Part shown: positions 29,557-38,639 of the stretch, one piece after another | Position numbering within the stretch: the stretch's first letter is position 1 | Layout: each line of letters opens with the position of its first letter | Assembly: GCA_016793045.1 (NCBI GenBank) | Contig: JAEUKZ010000155.1 | Span: forward strand, 1 to 52,260 | Length of the DNA: 52,260 nt | Direction: 5' to 3' | From: Alphaproteobacteria bacterium | Lineage (GTDB): Bacteria; Pseudomonadota; Alphaproteobacteria; CACIAM-22H2 | The notes under the pieces: model-generated | Databases searched by the model: none | Told to the model about the DNA's origin: nothing | The model's input: only the letters and a program-made list of their open reading frames with translations | Made by a program: the position numbers and the translations under genes

Positions 29557-30093
29557 GTGCCGGAATTCACCAGCCGGGCCCGCGCGATGGCCCTCGCGGT
29601 CCTCGGCGCCGCCGCCGTCGCATCCTGCTCGCCCCAGCCGCGCTGGAGCGTCGCGCCGGCGGCTGCGAGCGCCCTGTCGCGCGTCGATCGGACCTCGGTG
29701 CTCGGCATCATCTGCCGCGCCGATCGCCAGACCGTCCCGTGCGGCGACTACCTGCTCAACCGTCTCGTGCCGATGCTCGAACGCCGGCCGGAGATTCGCG
29801 ACCTTTCGATCGCGGACGCGAATGCGAATTGTCGGCCCGATGGCCGCGGCACGATCTGCGACCTCACCGCGCGCGTGCGCTTCGTGCAGGACGGGCGAAC
29901 GTGGCCGCTGCGCGTCGACATGCGCTATCGCGCGCCGGAGCATTTCGCCTATGCGGCGAGTGCGCGCGGCGGCAGCAATCCGCTCGCCAACGCCTCGGAC
30001 CCGGCGCTGGCGCCGCTGCGCGACGTGATCGACCGGCTGGTCGCATCGATTGCGCTGGAAAGCGAGCGGGCGTCGCGCATTCGCGGCATCTGA
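29557..30093 (+). CDS. Hypothetical lipoprotein
   Basis: VASC lipobox plus four further Cys. Starts 4 bp after the dioxygenase. Confidence 0.6.
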   Translation: MPEFTSRARAMALAVLGAAAVASCSPQPRWSVAPAAASALSRVDRTSVLGIICRADRQTVPCGDYLLNRLVPMLERRPEIRDLSIADANANCRPDGRGTICDLTARVRFVQDGRTWPLRVDMRYRAPEHFAYAASARGGSNPLANASDPALAPLRDVIDRLVASIALESERASRIRGI

Positions 30094-30177
30094 TCCGCGC
30101 GGACCCCGGATAGAACGCGGATTTCGGCTGCAGCCGGAGAAACGCCACCGGCCCGCGCCGGACGCCGCGTGCCGGCG

Positions 30178-31161
30178 TCAGCGCCGCGTCGACCGTGCGC
30201 GTGGAGGGGCTGCAGGTGGCGGCGGTGCGGGCACCGCTTCGTCCTGACTCGCCGCCGGTACGCCGCCGCCAGCTTCGGCGAGCAGCCACTGGCAGAACAG
30301 CGCGACGTTGGGATTGTCCATCGTCTCCGGCAGGGCGAGCAGGTGATACGAGAAGACCGTCGGCGCCTCGTGCGGCAGCACGCGGACGAGCCGGCTCGAC
30401 GACAGATCGTGGTCGACCAGACTGCGCCGCGCAAGCGCGAGGCCCAGGCCATTGGCCGCCGCCTCGAGCGTCAGCGTTGCGTCGTCGAAGCGCAGTCCGT
30501 CGGAACAGGGCAGGTCGGCGGCGCCGACATGGGCGAGCCAGCTCGCCCACGAGCTGCCGCTGGCGTCGTGCTCTGTCGGCGCGTCGTGCAGCAGCGGAAA
30601 GCGCGTGATCTCTCGCGGACTGTCGATCGGTCCGATCTCGGTCAGCAGGCGAGGACTGCACACCGGAAAGACGGCGTCGGACATCAGGCGGACCGCGTGC
30701 AGACCGGGGTAGGGTCCGCGGCCGAAGCGCACGGCCATGTCGGCCGCGCCGGCCCGCAGGTCGACGAGGTGCGGGTCGGCGATGATGCGCACGTCGACGT
30801 CGGGATAGAGGCGGCGGAAGCGCTTGAGCCGCGGAATGAGCCAGCGGCCCGCGAGCGAGGGCAGCACGCTCACGCGCAGCGGCCCGCTCGCCCGCTCGTG
30901 GTCGAGTGCCGCAACGGCGCGGGCGATCTCCGAAAGGCCGCGGCGCACGCCCTGCGCCAGCATTTCGCCGTCGCGGGTCAGCTCGAGCGCCCGGGTGACG
31001 CGCCGGAAAAGCTCGACCTGAAGCTCGTCCTCCAGCGCCTTGATGCGGTGGCTGAGAGCGCTCTGGGTCACATGCAGCTCGTCACCGGCCTTGGTGAAGC
31101 TGAGGTGGCGGGCCGCCGCTTCGAAGGCACGCAGCGAGTCGAGGGATGGCAGCCGTTTCAT
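30178..31161 (-). CDS. LysR-type regulator (GcvA-like)
   Basis: LPSLDSLRAFEAAARHLSFTKAGDELHVTQSALSHRIKALE and WLIPRL..F. Confidence 0.93.
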   Translation of the reverse strand: MKRLPSLDSLRAFEAAARHLSFTKAGDELHVTQSALSHRIKALEDELQVELFRRVTRALELTRDGEMLAQGVRRGLSEIARAVAALDHERASGPLRVSVLPSLAGRWLIPRLKRFRRLYPDVDVRIIADPHLVDLRAGAADMAVRFGRGPYPGLHAVRLMSDAVFPVCSPRLLTEIGPIDSPREITRFPLLHDAPTEHDASGSSWASWLAHVGAADLPCSDGLRFDDATLTLEAAANGLGLALARRSLVDHDLSSSRLVRVLPHEAPTVFSYHLLALPETMDNPNVALFCQWLLAEAGGGVPAASQDEAVPAPPPPAAPPRARSTRR

Positions 31162-31172
31162 AGGGTGCATCA

Positions 31173-31193
31173 TGCATGAGATCGCCTCATGCA
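31173..31193. promoter_or_regulatory. LysR T-N11-A operator TGCATGAG-N5-CTCATGCA
   Basis: Perfect 8-bp inverted repeat containing T-N11-A, next to the LysR start. Confidence 0.65.
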
Positions 31194-31329
31194 CAACCCC
31201 GCGCAATCTCATTTGCGCCTTGCGGCCGGTTCCGCCATCTATCCGCGCCCCGAAGGACCGGCAGCGCCCGTCCTCGGAGTCCCTGGTCAACACTGCGCCG
31301 CGCGATCGCGGCTGGAAGGAGTAGGTGTC

Positions 31330-31575
31330 ATGTCGGTGCGCTCGCATGCCTTGAAGCCGTTCTTGCTGAGCGGCCATCTGCGCATGCCGTCCGCGTCTGC
31401 GATGGGTGCCGCCCTCGCACATGTCGTGCTCTGGCCCTTGCGGATCCTGGTCCGCTTGCAGGCCCGCGCGTTCGAACGCGAGACCATCGCCCGATTGGAC
31501 GACCGCATGCTCCGCGACGTCGGCCTGACCCGTGCCGATCTTCGTGCCGAGGTCAAGAAGCCGGTCTGGCACTAG
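31330..31575 (+). CDS. DUF1127 (YjiS-like) small protein
   Basis: AAGGAG RBS and RLDDRMLRDVGLTRADL...KPVWH. Confidence 0.88.
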   Translation: MSVRSHALKPFLLSGHLRMPSASAMGAALAHVVLWPLRILVRLQARAFERETIARLDDRMLRDVGLTRADLRAEVKKPVWH

Positions 31576-31585
31576 ATCGCTACCA

Positions 31586-31634
31586 GCCGTCATGTGCGCG
31601 CGATGACGGGTTCGTCATCGCGCGCTACGACGGC
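31586..31634 (+). other. Long stem-loop downstream of DUF1127
   Basis: GCGCGCGATGAC/GTCATCGCGCGC forms 12 perfect bp, with an outer GCCGTC/GACGGC stem and no U-tail. Confidence 0.6.
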
Positions 31635-31665
31635 ACGCTTCAATTCACGAAGGGAAGGGGTCGTG

Positions 31666-31827
31666 ATGGTGAAAAGGTTTCAGTGGATCGCGGGCTTGGC
31701 CATCGCCGCAGCGATGGCGGCCTTTGGAATGGCGCGCACGCTGTCCGGTCGCAATCGCGCCTCATGGCGCTGGGTCCGTCGCGCGCCGGAGCATGACAGC
31801 GTCACCATCGGGGCCGATCTGCGCTGA
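31666..31827 (+). CDS. Small single-TM hypothetical protein (53 aa)
   Basis: Purine-rich AGGGAAGGGG upstream, KRF + hydrophobic helix + basic tail. Confidence 0.45.
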   Translation: MVKRFQWIAGLAIAAAMAAFGMARTLSGRNRASWRWVRRAPEHDSVTIGADLR

Positions 31828-31843
31828 CCCGCGCGGCATCCGA

Positions 31844-32854
31844 TCAGTGCTGGCCGTAGCCGATGTCGCTGCGCACCTTGCCGCGGAACACCCAATAGGA
31901 CCAGCCGGTGTAGCCGAGGATGACCGGCAGCAGGAACAGCGTGCCGACCATCAGGAACGCCTGCGCCTTGGGCGACGACGCGGCGCCCCAGAGGTCCAGC
32001 GTGTGCGGTACGATCATCGGCCACAGGCTGACCGCAAGTCCGAAATAGCCGAGCACGAACAGCGCCATCGCCAGCACGAACGGCAGCAGGTCGCTGGTGC
32101 TCGAGAGAGCCCGCCATAAGCCCCAGCCGGCGAGCAGCGTGAAAAGCGGCACCGGTGCGAGCAGCACGATGTTCGGCCAGCCGAACCAACGCCCGGCGAT
32201 GCGCTCGTGCAGGAACGGCGTCCACAGGCTCACCGCCGCCATGACTGCAAGCACCGCGATCGTGAGCCAGCGCGCATGACGGCGTGCCCACGCCTGCAAC
32301 TCGCCTTCGGTCTTGAGAATCAGCCAGCAGGCGCCAAGCAGGGCGTAGCCGAAGATCAGGCCGACGGCGGTGAGCAGGCAGAACGGGCGCAGCCAATCGA
32401 AGCTGCCGCCGGCAAACTGCCGCCCGGAAATCGGAAAGCCTTCGATGAAACTGCCGAGGACGATCCCCTGCGCAAATGTGGCGACCAGCGAGCCGACATG
32501 GAAACCGCGGTCCCAGAATCGGCGATTGGCGCCCGGAACGTGCCGGAATTCGAAGGCGACGCCGCGGAAGATCAGTCCGACGAGCATCAGCAGGATCGGA
32601 AAGTAGAGCGCCGGCATCAGAACGGCAAATGCCACCGGGAAGGCCGCAAGCAGGGCGATGCCGCCGAGGATCAGCCAGGTCTCGTTGCCGTCCCAGATCG
32701 GCGCAACCGAGCCGATCATCTGCTCGCGGGCCACGTCGTCCGGCGCGCGGCCGAACAGGATGCCGACGCCGAGGTCGAAGCCGTCGAGCAGCACGTACAT
32801 GAACACGCCGAAGCCGAGGATCGCCGCCCACAGCGGCACAAGGTCGAGGCTCAT
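31844..32854 (-). CDS. cydB: Cytochrome bd-type quinol oxidase subunit II (CioB-like)
   Basis: YVLLDGFDLGVG, PIWDGNETW, RGVAFEFR and YWVFRGKV. Confidence 0.95.
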   Translation of the reverse strand: MSLDLVPLWAAILGFGVFMYVLLDGFDLGVGILFGRAPDDVAREQMIGSVAPIWDGNETWLILGGIALLAAFPVAFAVLMPALYFPILLMLVGLIFRGVAFEFRHVPGANRRFWDRGFHVGSLVATFAQGIVLGSFIEGFPISGRQFAGGSFDWLRPFCLLTAVGLIFGYALLGACWLILKTEGELQAWARRHARWLTIAVLAVMAAVSLWTPFLHERIAGRWFGWPNIVLLAPVPLFTLLAGWGLWRALSSTSDLLPFVLAMALFVLGYFGLAVSLWPMIVPHTLDLWGAASSPKAQAFLMVGTLFLLPVILGYTGWSYWVFRGKVRSDIGYGQH

Positions 32855-34242
32855 GGGGTGGTCTCCGGGCCGGGTGTCGCGGCGGAGATCGGACGCGCCG
32901 GACGTGCGCTCGGGGACGGCTCCTCCGCGGCGACGGCTGGTCCGGCGGCGATGAGCCGCAGCAGAAGGCGCAGGCCGGCGCCGAAGACGAGCAGGTAGAC
33001 CGCGACGTAGATGGCAAGCGAGATCGCGACGTCGCCGCCGGTGATCGACGGCGATACCGCGTCGCGCGTGCGCATCAGGCCGTAGACGACCCAGGGCTGC
33101 CGCCCGGCCTCGGTCGTGATCCAGCCGGCGATCACGGCGACAAAGCCGATCGGCGCCGAGTACTGGAGCAGTCGCAGGAACCATGGGCGGTCGAACAGGC
33201 GCTGGCGCAGGCGCAGCCACTGGCCGACCGCGACCACCGCCAGCATCAAGACGCCCATGCCGACCATGACCCGGAAGGCGAAGAAGACGATCGCGACAGG
33301 TGGGCGGTCGTCCGGCGCCCACTCGCGCAGGCCGCGCACGACGCCGTCGAGGTCGTGCGCGAGATACAGGCTGGCGAGACCGGGGATCGCGATTTCGAAG
33401 CGGTTGCGTTCGGCGCTCTCGTCGGGGATGGCGAACAGCACGGCAGGCGCGCGCGTTCGCGTTTCCCACAGGCCCTCCATCGCCGCGATCTTGGCCGGCT
33501 GATGGTGGAACGTGTTCACGCCGTGCAGGTCGCCGATGACGATCTGGGCGGGGACGAGCAGCGTCACGAGCCAGAGCCCCATCGTGAGCATCGTCCGGCT
33601 CTCCGCCACGAAGCGGCCGCGGCGCAGGTGATAGGCCGCAGCCGCCATCACGACGAAAGCCGTGGTGATGAAGAAGGCCGTCAGCGTGTGCGCGAGGCGA
33701 TAGGGGAAGGACGGGCTGAAGATGACCTGCACCCAGTCCTGCGGATAGAAGCGGCCATCGAACAGCGAGTGCCCTGTGGGCGTCTGCATCCAGCTGTTGA
33801 CGGCGAGGATCCAGAACGAAGACGAGAACGTGCCGATCGCGACGAGCACGGCCGAGGCGCAGTGCGCCCAGGGTGGTACCAGCTTGCGCCCGAACAGCAG
33901 CACGCCGAGAAATGCCGCCTCGAGAAAGAATGCGGTCAGACCTTCATACGCCATCAGCGGGCCGACGATGTCGGCGGTCGCGTCGGAGAATCGGCTCCAG
34001 TTGGTGCCGAACTGGAACGGCATGACGATGCCCGAAACGACGCCGAGGCCGAAGGACACCGCGAAGATCTTGATCCAGTACTGCGACAGGCGGAGGTAGA
34101 CGGCGTTGCGCGTTGCCAGATGCAGACTCTCGAGCACTGCGATATAGGACGCCAAACCGACCGTGAAAGCCGGCAGCAGGATATGCAGCGCGATCACCCA
34201 GAAGAATTGGATGCGCGAAAGCAGCACCGCATCGAGTTCCAT
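32851..34242 (-). CDS. cydA: Cytochrome bd-type quinol oxidase subunit I (short Q-loop, CioA-like)
   Basis: HILLP, FQFGTNW, AFFLEA, QPAKIAAMEG and GWITTEAGRQPW. Confidence 0.95.
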   Translation of the reverse strand: MELDAVLLSRIQFFWVIALHILLPAFTVGLASYIAVLESLHLATRNAVYLRLSQYWIKIFAVSFGLGVVSGIVMPFQFGTNWSRFSDATADIVGPLMAYEGLTAFFLEAAFLGVLLFGRKLVPPWAHCASAVLVAIGTFSSSFWILAVNSWMQTPTGHSLFDGRFYPQDWVQVIFSPSFPYRLAHTLTAFFITTAFVVMAAAAYHLRRGRFVAESRTMLTMGLWLVTLLVPAQIVIGDLHGVNTFHHQPAKIAAMEGLWETRTRAPAVLFAIPDESAERNRFEIAIPGLASLYLAHDLDGVVRGLREWAPDDRPPVAIVFFAFRVMVGMGVLMLAVVAVGQWLRLRQRLFDRPWFLRLLQYSAPIGFVAVIAGWITTEAGRQPWVVYGLMRTRDAVSPSITGGDVAISLAIYVAVYLLVFGAGLRLLLRLIAAGPAVAAEEPSPSARPARPISAATPGPETTP

Positions 34243-34369
34243 TCGCCCCTCCAAGCGCCGTCCACGCCCCTTCGCGGCGGCACCGAACAATGCTGGTGTC
34301 GCGCGCGCGCGAAGTCCATGACCCTTGCGCCGGATGATCATGCGGCAAAAAGCCTCTACGATCACGCCG

Positions 34370-34750
34370 ATGACGAATGACGGCGCCAACGACGCGCGGC
34401 TGAGCCTGCGCGTGGATTTCGACGGCGACACGCGGCTCGGCCCCGGCAAGATCCGGCTGCTTGAGTTGGTGGGCGAAACCGGTTCGATCTCCGCCGCCGG
34501 ACGTGCGATGGGCATGTCGTATCGCCGCGCCTGGCTGCTGATCGACACGCTCAACCGGTACTTCCGCCGCCCGGTCGTCGTCGCTCAGCACGGCGGCAAA
34601 CGCGGCGGCGGGGCCACCCTGACCGCCTTCGGTGCCGACCTCGTGAAGCGCTATCGGCAAATGGAGACGGTCGCGGCGCGGTCCCTGCGCACGCATCTGC
34701 GCGCGCTGGCGGCCGAGCGTCCCGGCGGCCCGGGCGCCGGACGCGGCTAG
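34370..34750 (+). CDS. ModE-family winged-helix regulator (DNA-binding domain only)
   Basis: GPGKIRLL, TGSISAAGRAMGMSYRRAW and GGKRGGGA.LT. No Mop domains. Confidence 0.88.
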   Translation: MTNDGANDARLSLRVDFDGDTRLGPGKIRLLELVGETGSISAAGRAMGMSYRRAWLLIDTLNRYFRRPVVVAQHGGKRGGGATLTAFGADLVKRYRQMETVAARSLRTHLRALAAERPGGPGAGRG

Positions 34751-34962
34751 GGATCGGCCGCGGCCCGAACGGCACCGTCGTCACCGGCGCGCGGACCGGG
34801 GGAGCGGGCCGACCTGCCGCACGGCGAAATCATCGACCGCGCGCGAGGCGCAGCATCTCGTCGATGGCATGGCTCGCATGGGCGACCGGCCGCACCCCTT
34901 GCGGAGGTCGAGGTCCCTTCGCTACGGTCGCCCGACATAACGCGCCGTTGCCCAGGACCATC

Positions 34963-35466
34963 ATGACCGATCGTGCCGACATCCTCGCCCGCGAACTCGA
35001 GGCGGCGTTTCGCAGCCGGGCGCTGCTCTATTGGTCGATCTATGACGAACTGAGGCGCGAGGTCGGCGCGGAGCGCGCCGAGGCGATCCTTGGCCGCGCC
35101 ATCGAACGGCGCGGTGCCGCCGCGGGCGCTGCGCTGTTCGCCGGGCTGGCGGAGCGGACGCCTGCCGCCGTCGCTCAGGCTTTTCTGGCGGTGAGCCCGA
35201 ACGGCGGCACGATGTATCCGCACGAGGTGCAGCGCGATCCCGACGGCGCGGTGCATGTGAAGGTGACGCGGTGTCCGCTCAAGGATGCATGGACCGAAGC
35301 GGGCCTCGGCGGCGAGGACCTTCAGACGATCTGCCGAATTGCCGGGCGCTTCGATACCGGCTGCTTCGGGCAGTCCGGAGTTGCGTTCGCTGCGGATACG
35401 TGGGCGCCGGGATCGACAGGCTGCTGCCAGCTCCATCTCCGCGCCGCGCCCGGGGGCGCGCGCTGA
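34963..35466 (+). CDS. L-2-amino-thiazoline-4-carboxylate hydrolase-like protein (ATC_hydrolase family)
   Basis: Helical N-terminus, then VTRCPL..AW...G, ICRIA..FD and CCQL pattern, recognised from memory. Confidence 0.6.
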   Translation: MTDRADILARELEAAFRSRALLYWSIYDELRREVGAERAEAILGRAIERRGAAAGAALFAGLAERTPAAVAQAFLAVSPNGGTMYPHEVQRDPDGAVHVKVTRCPLKDAWTEAGLGGEDLQTICRIAGRFDTGCFGQSGVAFAADTWAPGSTGCCQLHLRAAPGGAR

Positions 35467-35534
35467 ACCGATCCTTGACGCGGCCCACGCGCGCGCGTCG
35501 TACGACGACAATGACAGGCAACGAGGATACGCCC

Positions 35535-37121
35535 ATGAAGGCGCTTGGACTGGCCACGCTCGCCAAAGCGACTGCGATGCTGTTCGTGGCGGCTGTCGCC
35601 GCCGCCGGGCCGCTTGCGGCGCAGGACCTGCGCATCGGGCTCGGCTCGGCCGTCACCTCGACGGACCCGCAGTTCACCGTGCTCGGCAGCAACAGCGCGC
35701 TCGCCCGCAACGTCTTCGACGGCCTGATCAACCAGGACAACCGCCAGCAGCTCGTGCCCGGGCTCGCCACGGCGTGGCGAGCCGTGGACGACACGACCTG
35801 GGAACTCACCCTGCGCCGCGGCGTGAAATTTCATGACGGCAGCGACTTCACGGCCGAGGACGTCGTTGCCTCGATCCGCCGCATCCCTTCCATCCGCAAC
35901 AGCCCGAGCTCTTTTCTGCCCTTCGTGCGCCCGATCAGTGCGGTTACCGCCGTCGATACCCACACCGTACGCATTCAGACCAACGGTCCATACCCGCTGC
36001 TGCCGGCGGCGTTGAGCCGCATCGCCATCGTCACGCGCAGCGCCGAGCAGGCGACGCAGGAGGATTTCAACGCGGCACGGCTCGCCTTCGGCACCGGGCC
36101 GTACAAGCTTGTCGAATTCGTGCCCGGCGATCGCATCGTCCTGCGCCGGAACGATGCCTACTGGGGCGAACGTCCGCGCTGGCAGAACGTCATCTTCCGT
36201 ATCATCACCGGCGACGCGCCGCGCGTTGCCGCGCTGCTCTCCGGCGATCTCGACGTCATCGAGAACGTGCCCACCGGCAGCGTCCAGCGGCTGCGCCAGG
36301 ACGGCCGCGTGCGTCTGACGACCGTGGTCAGCAACCGGATCATGTACATCCATCTCGACAGCGATCGCGCGCAGTCGCCGTTCGTGCGCGATCGCGCCGG
36401 CAACCCGGCCCCCAATCACCTGCGCGACGTGCGCGTGCGCCGCGCAATCAGTACCGCGATCGATCGCCAGGCGCTGGTCCAGCGCATCATGGACGGCGAG
36501 GGCGTGCCTGCCGGCCAGCTCGTGCCGGAAGGCTATTTCGGCTACGTGCCGAGCCTTGCCGCCCCGCGCGGCGACCGCGACGAGGCCCGCCGCCTTCTGG
36601 CGGAGGCCGGCATTCCCGATGGATTCCGCCTGACCTTCCATGCCCCGAACGACCGCTATCCGAACGACGAACAGGTCGCGGTGGCTATCGCATCGATGCT
36701 GTCCCGCGCGGGGATCGAGACGCAAGTTGTCGCGCTGCCGGCATCGGTGTATTTCACCCGCGCTTCGAACCTGGAGTTCAGCTTCATCCTCGGCGGCGCG
36801 GCTGCGGAGACGGGCGAGGCCTCGGGAACTCTGCGGCCGTTGCTGGCGACCTTCAACACCCAGCGCGGGGCCGGGTCGGGCAATCGCGGGCGCTATTCGA
36901 ACGCGCGCTTCGACGCCTTGCTCGACAGGGCGCTGGCGACGGTCGACGATCAGGCGCGCGAGCGCCTGCTGCGCGAGGCGACCGAGATCGGCATCGGCGA
37001 GCTCGGCGTCATCCCGCTGTTTTTCCTCGTCAACACCTGGGCGGCACGTCCCGGCTTCGAGTATGCCGGACGCAGCGACGGCTACACGCTGGTCGAGAAT
37101 GTCACCAATGCCGCGCGCTGA
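35535..37121 (+). CDS. ABC substrate-binding protein, family 5 (DppA-like)
   Basis: GAGGA RBS, signal peptide, PGLATAW, LRRGVKFHDG, GTGPY and RVRRAI. Confidence 0.92.
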   Translation: MKALGLATLAKATAMLFVAAVAAAGPLAAQDLRIGLGSAVTSTDPQFTVLGSNSALARNVFDGLINQDNRQQLVPGLATAWRAVDDTTWELTLRRGVKFHDGSDFTAEDVVASIRRIPSIRNSPSSFLPFVRPISAVTAVDTHTVRIQTNGPYPLLPAALSRIAIVTRSAEQATQEDFNAARLAFGTGPYKLVEFVPGDRIVLRRNDAYWGERPRWQNVIFRIITGDAPRVAALLSGDLDVIENVPTGSVQRLRQDGRVRLTTVVSNRIMYIHLDSDRAQSPFVRDRAGNPAPNHLRDVRVRRAISTAIDRQALVQRIMDGEGVPAGQLVPEGYFGYVPSLAAPRGDRDEARRLLAEAGIPDGFRLTFHAPNDRYPNDEQVAVAIASMLSRAGIETQVVALPASVYFTRASNLEFSFILGGAAAETGEASGTLRPLLATFNTQRGAGSGNRGRYSNARFDALLDRALATVDDQARERLLREATEIGIGELGVIPLFFLVNTWAARPGFEYAGRSDGYTLVENVTNAAR

Positions 37122-38067
37122 CCGCATCCCGGTCGTCATCGACACCGATCCCGGCGTCGACGATGCGGTGACGATCCTGGCGGCGCTCGCGGCGCCCGAG
37201 CTCGACGTGCGCGCAATCAGCGTCGTGCATGGCAACGTCGAGCTCGATCGCGCGATCGAGAACGCGCGGCGCGTCGTCACTTTCGCCGGCCGCGGCGACG
37301 TGCCGATCCATGCCGGCACGACGCGCCCGCTCCTGCGCTCGCCGATGCGCGGAAAGTTCCACGGCAGCAAGGGCCTCGGGCCGCTCGAACTGCCCGAACC
37401 GACGGTGACGCTCCAGACCGAGCACGCGGTCGATGCGATGGCGCGCATGCTGCGCGCGGCTGCGAGCGGCGCGGAGCCGCTGCTGACCATCTGCGCGATC
37501 GGACCGCTGACGAACGTGGCGCTCGTTCTTGCCAAGGAGCCGGCGCTCGTCGCGGGGATTGCGCGCATCGTCCTCATGGGCGGCGCCTTCGCCGAAGGCG
37601 GCAATCGCACCGCGACCGCCGAATTCAATCTGCTCGCGGACCCGCACGCGGCGCAGATCGTGTTTGCCAGCGGGGCTCCGATCGTGATGGCGCCGCTCGA
37701 CGTCACCCATCGCGCAATGGCGACGCCGGAGCGCGTGGCGGAGCTGCGCAGGCGCGGCGGGCGCATGGCCGTCGCCGTCGCCGATCTGCTCGCCTTCTTC
37801 GATCGCAAGGACCCGGCGCGCTATGGCGTGCATGGCGCGCCCGTCCACGACCCGACCGTGATCGCCTATCTGCTGCGGCCGGAGCTCTTCACGATCCGGC
37901 GGACCTATGTGGAAGTCTGCACGTCCGAAGGCCTGGCCTTCGGGCAGAGCGTGGCCGACTGGTGGGGAACCACAGGCAGGCCGGCCAATACGGACGTCAT
38001 GATCGGACTCGATGCCGACGGCTTCTTCGATCTGCTGGGCGGGCTGCTGGCGCGCTATCCCGCCTGA
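37108..38067 (+). CDS. Nucleoside hydrolase (IU-NH family)
   Basis: DTDPGVDDA, GPLTNVA, MGG, AEFN...DP.AA and HDP. Confidence 0.93.
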   Translation: MPRADRIPVVIDTDPGVDDAVTILAALAAPELDVRAISVVHGNVELDRAIENARRVVTFAGRGDVPIHAGTTRPLLRSPMRGKFHGSKGLGPLELPEPTVTLQTEHAVDAMARMLRAAASGAEPLLTICAIGPLTNVALVLAKEPALVAGIARIVLMGGAFAEGGNRTATAEFNLLADPHAAQIVFASGAPIVMAPLDVTHRAMATPERVAELRRRGGRMAVAVADLLAFFDRKDPARYGVHGAPVHDPTVIAYLLRPELFTIRRTYVEVCTSEGLAFGQSVADWWGTTGRPANTDVMIGLDADGFFDLLGGLLARYPA

Positions 38068-38076
38068 CCGTCGCGA

Positions 38077-38520
38077 TCAGCCTGCGGCCAGGGCGTCGCC
38101 TTCGAAGGCGATGATGCCGGCCCGGAACGAATCGGGCAGCGGCGTCGACTTGCGTGTGGTCTGGTCGGTGTAGACCCAGATCATCGTCACCGTAGCCCTG
38201 CAGTCGTCAATCCCGCGCGGATGGATCTCCCCCGCAAAGGTCAGCGAGGAGCGGCCGATGCGCGCGGCGCGCACGCAGATGTCGATCTCCGCGTCGAGCG
38301 GAACCGGCGCGCGGTAGTCGATATCCGCCTTGACGATGTGGAAGTCGGCGCCCGTGTCTCTCGCATGGGTCGCCGGCGCGAAGCCGAACTGGCGGAAATA
38401 GTCGGTCATCGCGTTGTCGAAAAACGTCAGGTAGTTCCCGAAAAAGACGATGCCCTGTGCATCAACCTCCGCGTAGCGGACGCGATGCGGCAACACGAAG
38501 CGGAACGCGGAGCGGGCCAT
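38077..38520 (-). CDS. Hot-dog acyl-CoA thioesterase (YbgC/4HBT family)
   Basis: RVRYAEVDAQGIVFFGNYL. Confidence 0.88.
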   Translation of the reverse strand: MARSAFRFVLPHRVRYAEVDAQGIVFFGNYLTFFDNAMTDYFRQFGFAPATHARDTGADFHIVKADIDYRAPVPLDAEIDICVRAARIGRSSLTFAGEIHPRGIDDCRATVTMIWVYTDQTTRKSTPLPDSFRAGIIAFEGDALAAG

Positions 38521-38639
38521 GGCGGGTGCTCTGGGCTGCGGCGGGGGAGGCGGCACTCTTCGCGGCGCCGCTACCGCTGTCAAGCCGGGGATCGCGCGTG
38601 CGCGGTCGGCTCGCGCGCGACGGGAGCGCGGAGCCCGGA

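Noticed and set aside
31576-31665. Cuckoo/CcsR sRNA array after DUF1127
   Set aside because: There are no CCUCCUCCC loops or repeated modules, only a single long hairpin (reported separately).
34335-34365. ModE operator between cydA and the ModE-like gene
   Set aside because: Only the outer ATC/CGAT ends resemble the box. The TATAT half-sites and the length do not fit.
34780-34810. ZTP-riboswitch-like words (ACCGGCG...CCGGGGGAGCG)
   Set aside because: The GGUGG/CCACC stem and the 3' CGCCUGGG pseudoknot strand are missing, and the downstream gene is not a typical purine or folate target.
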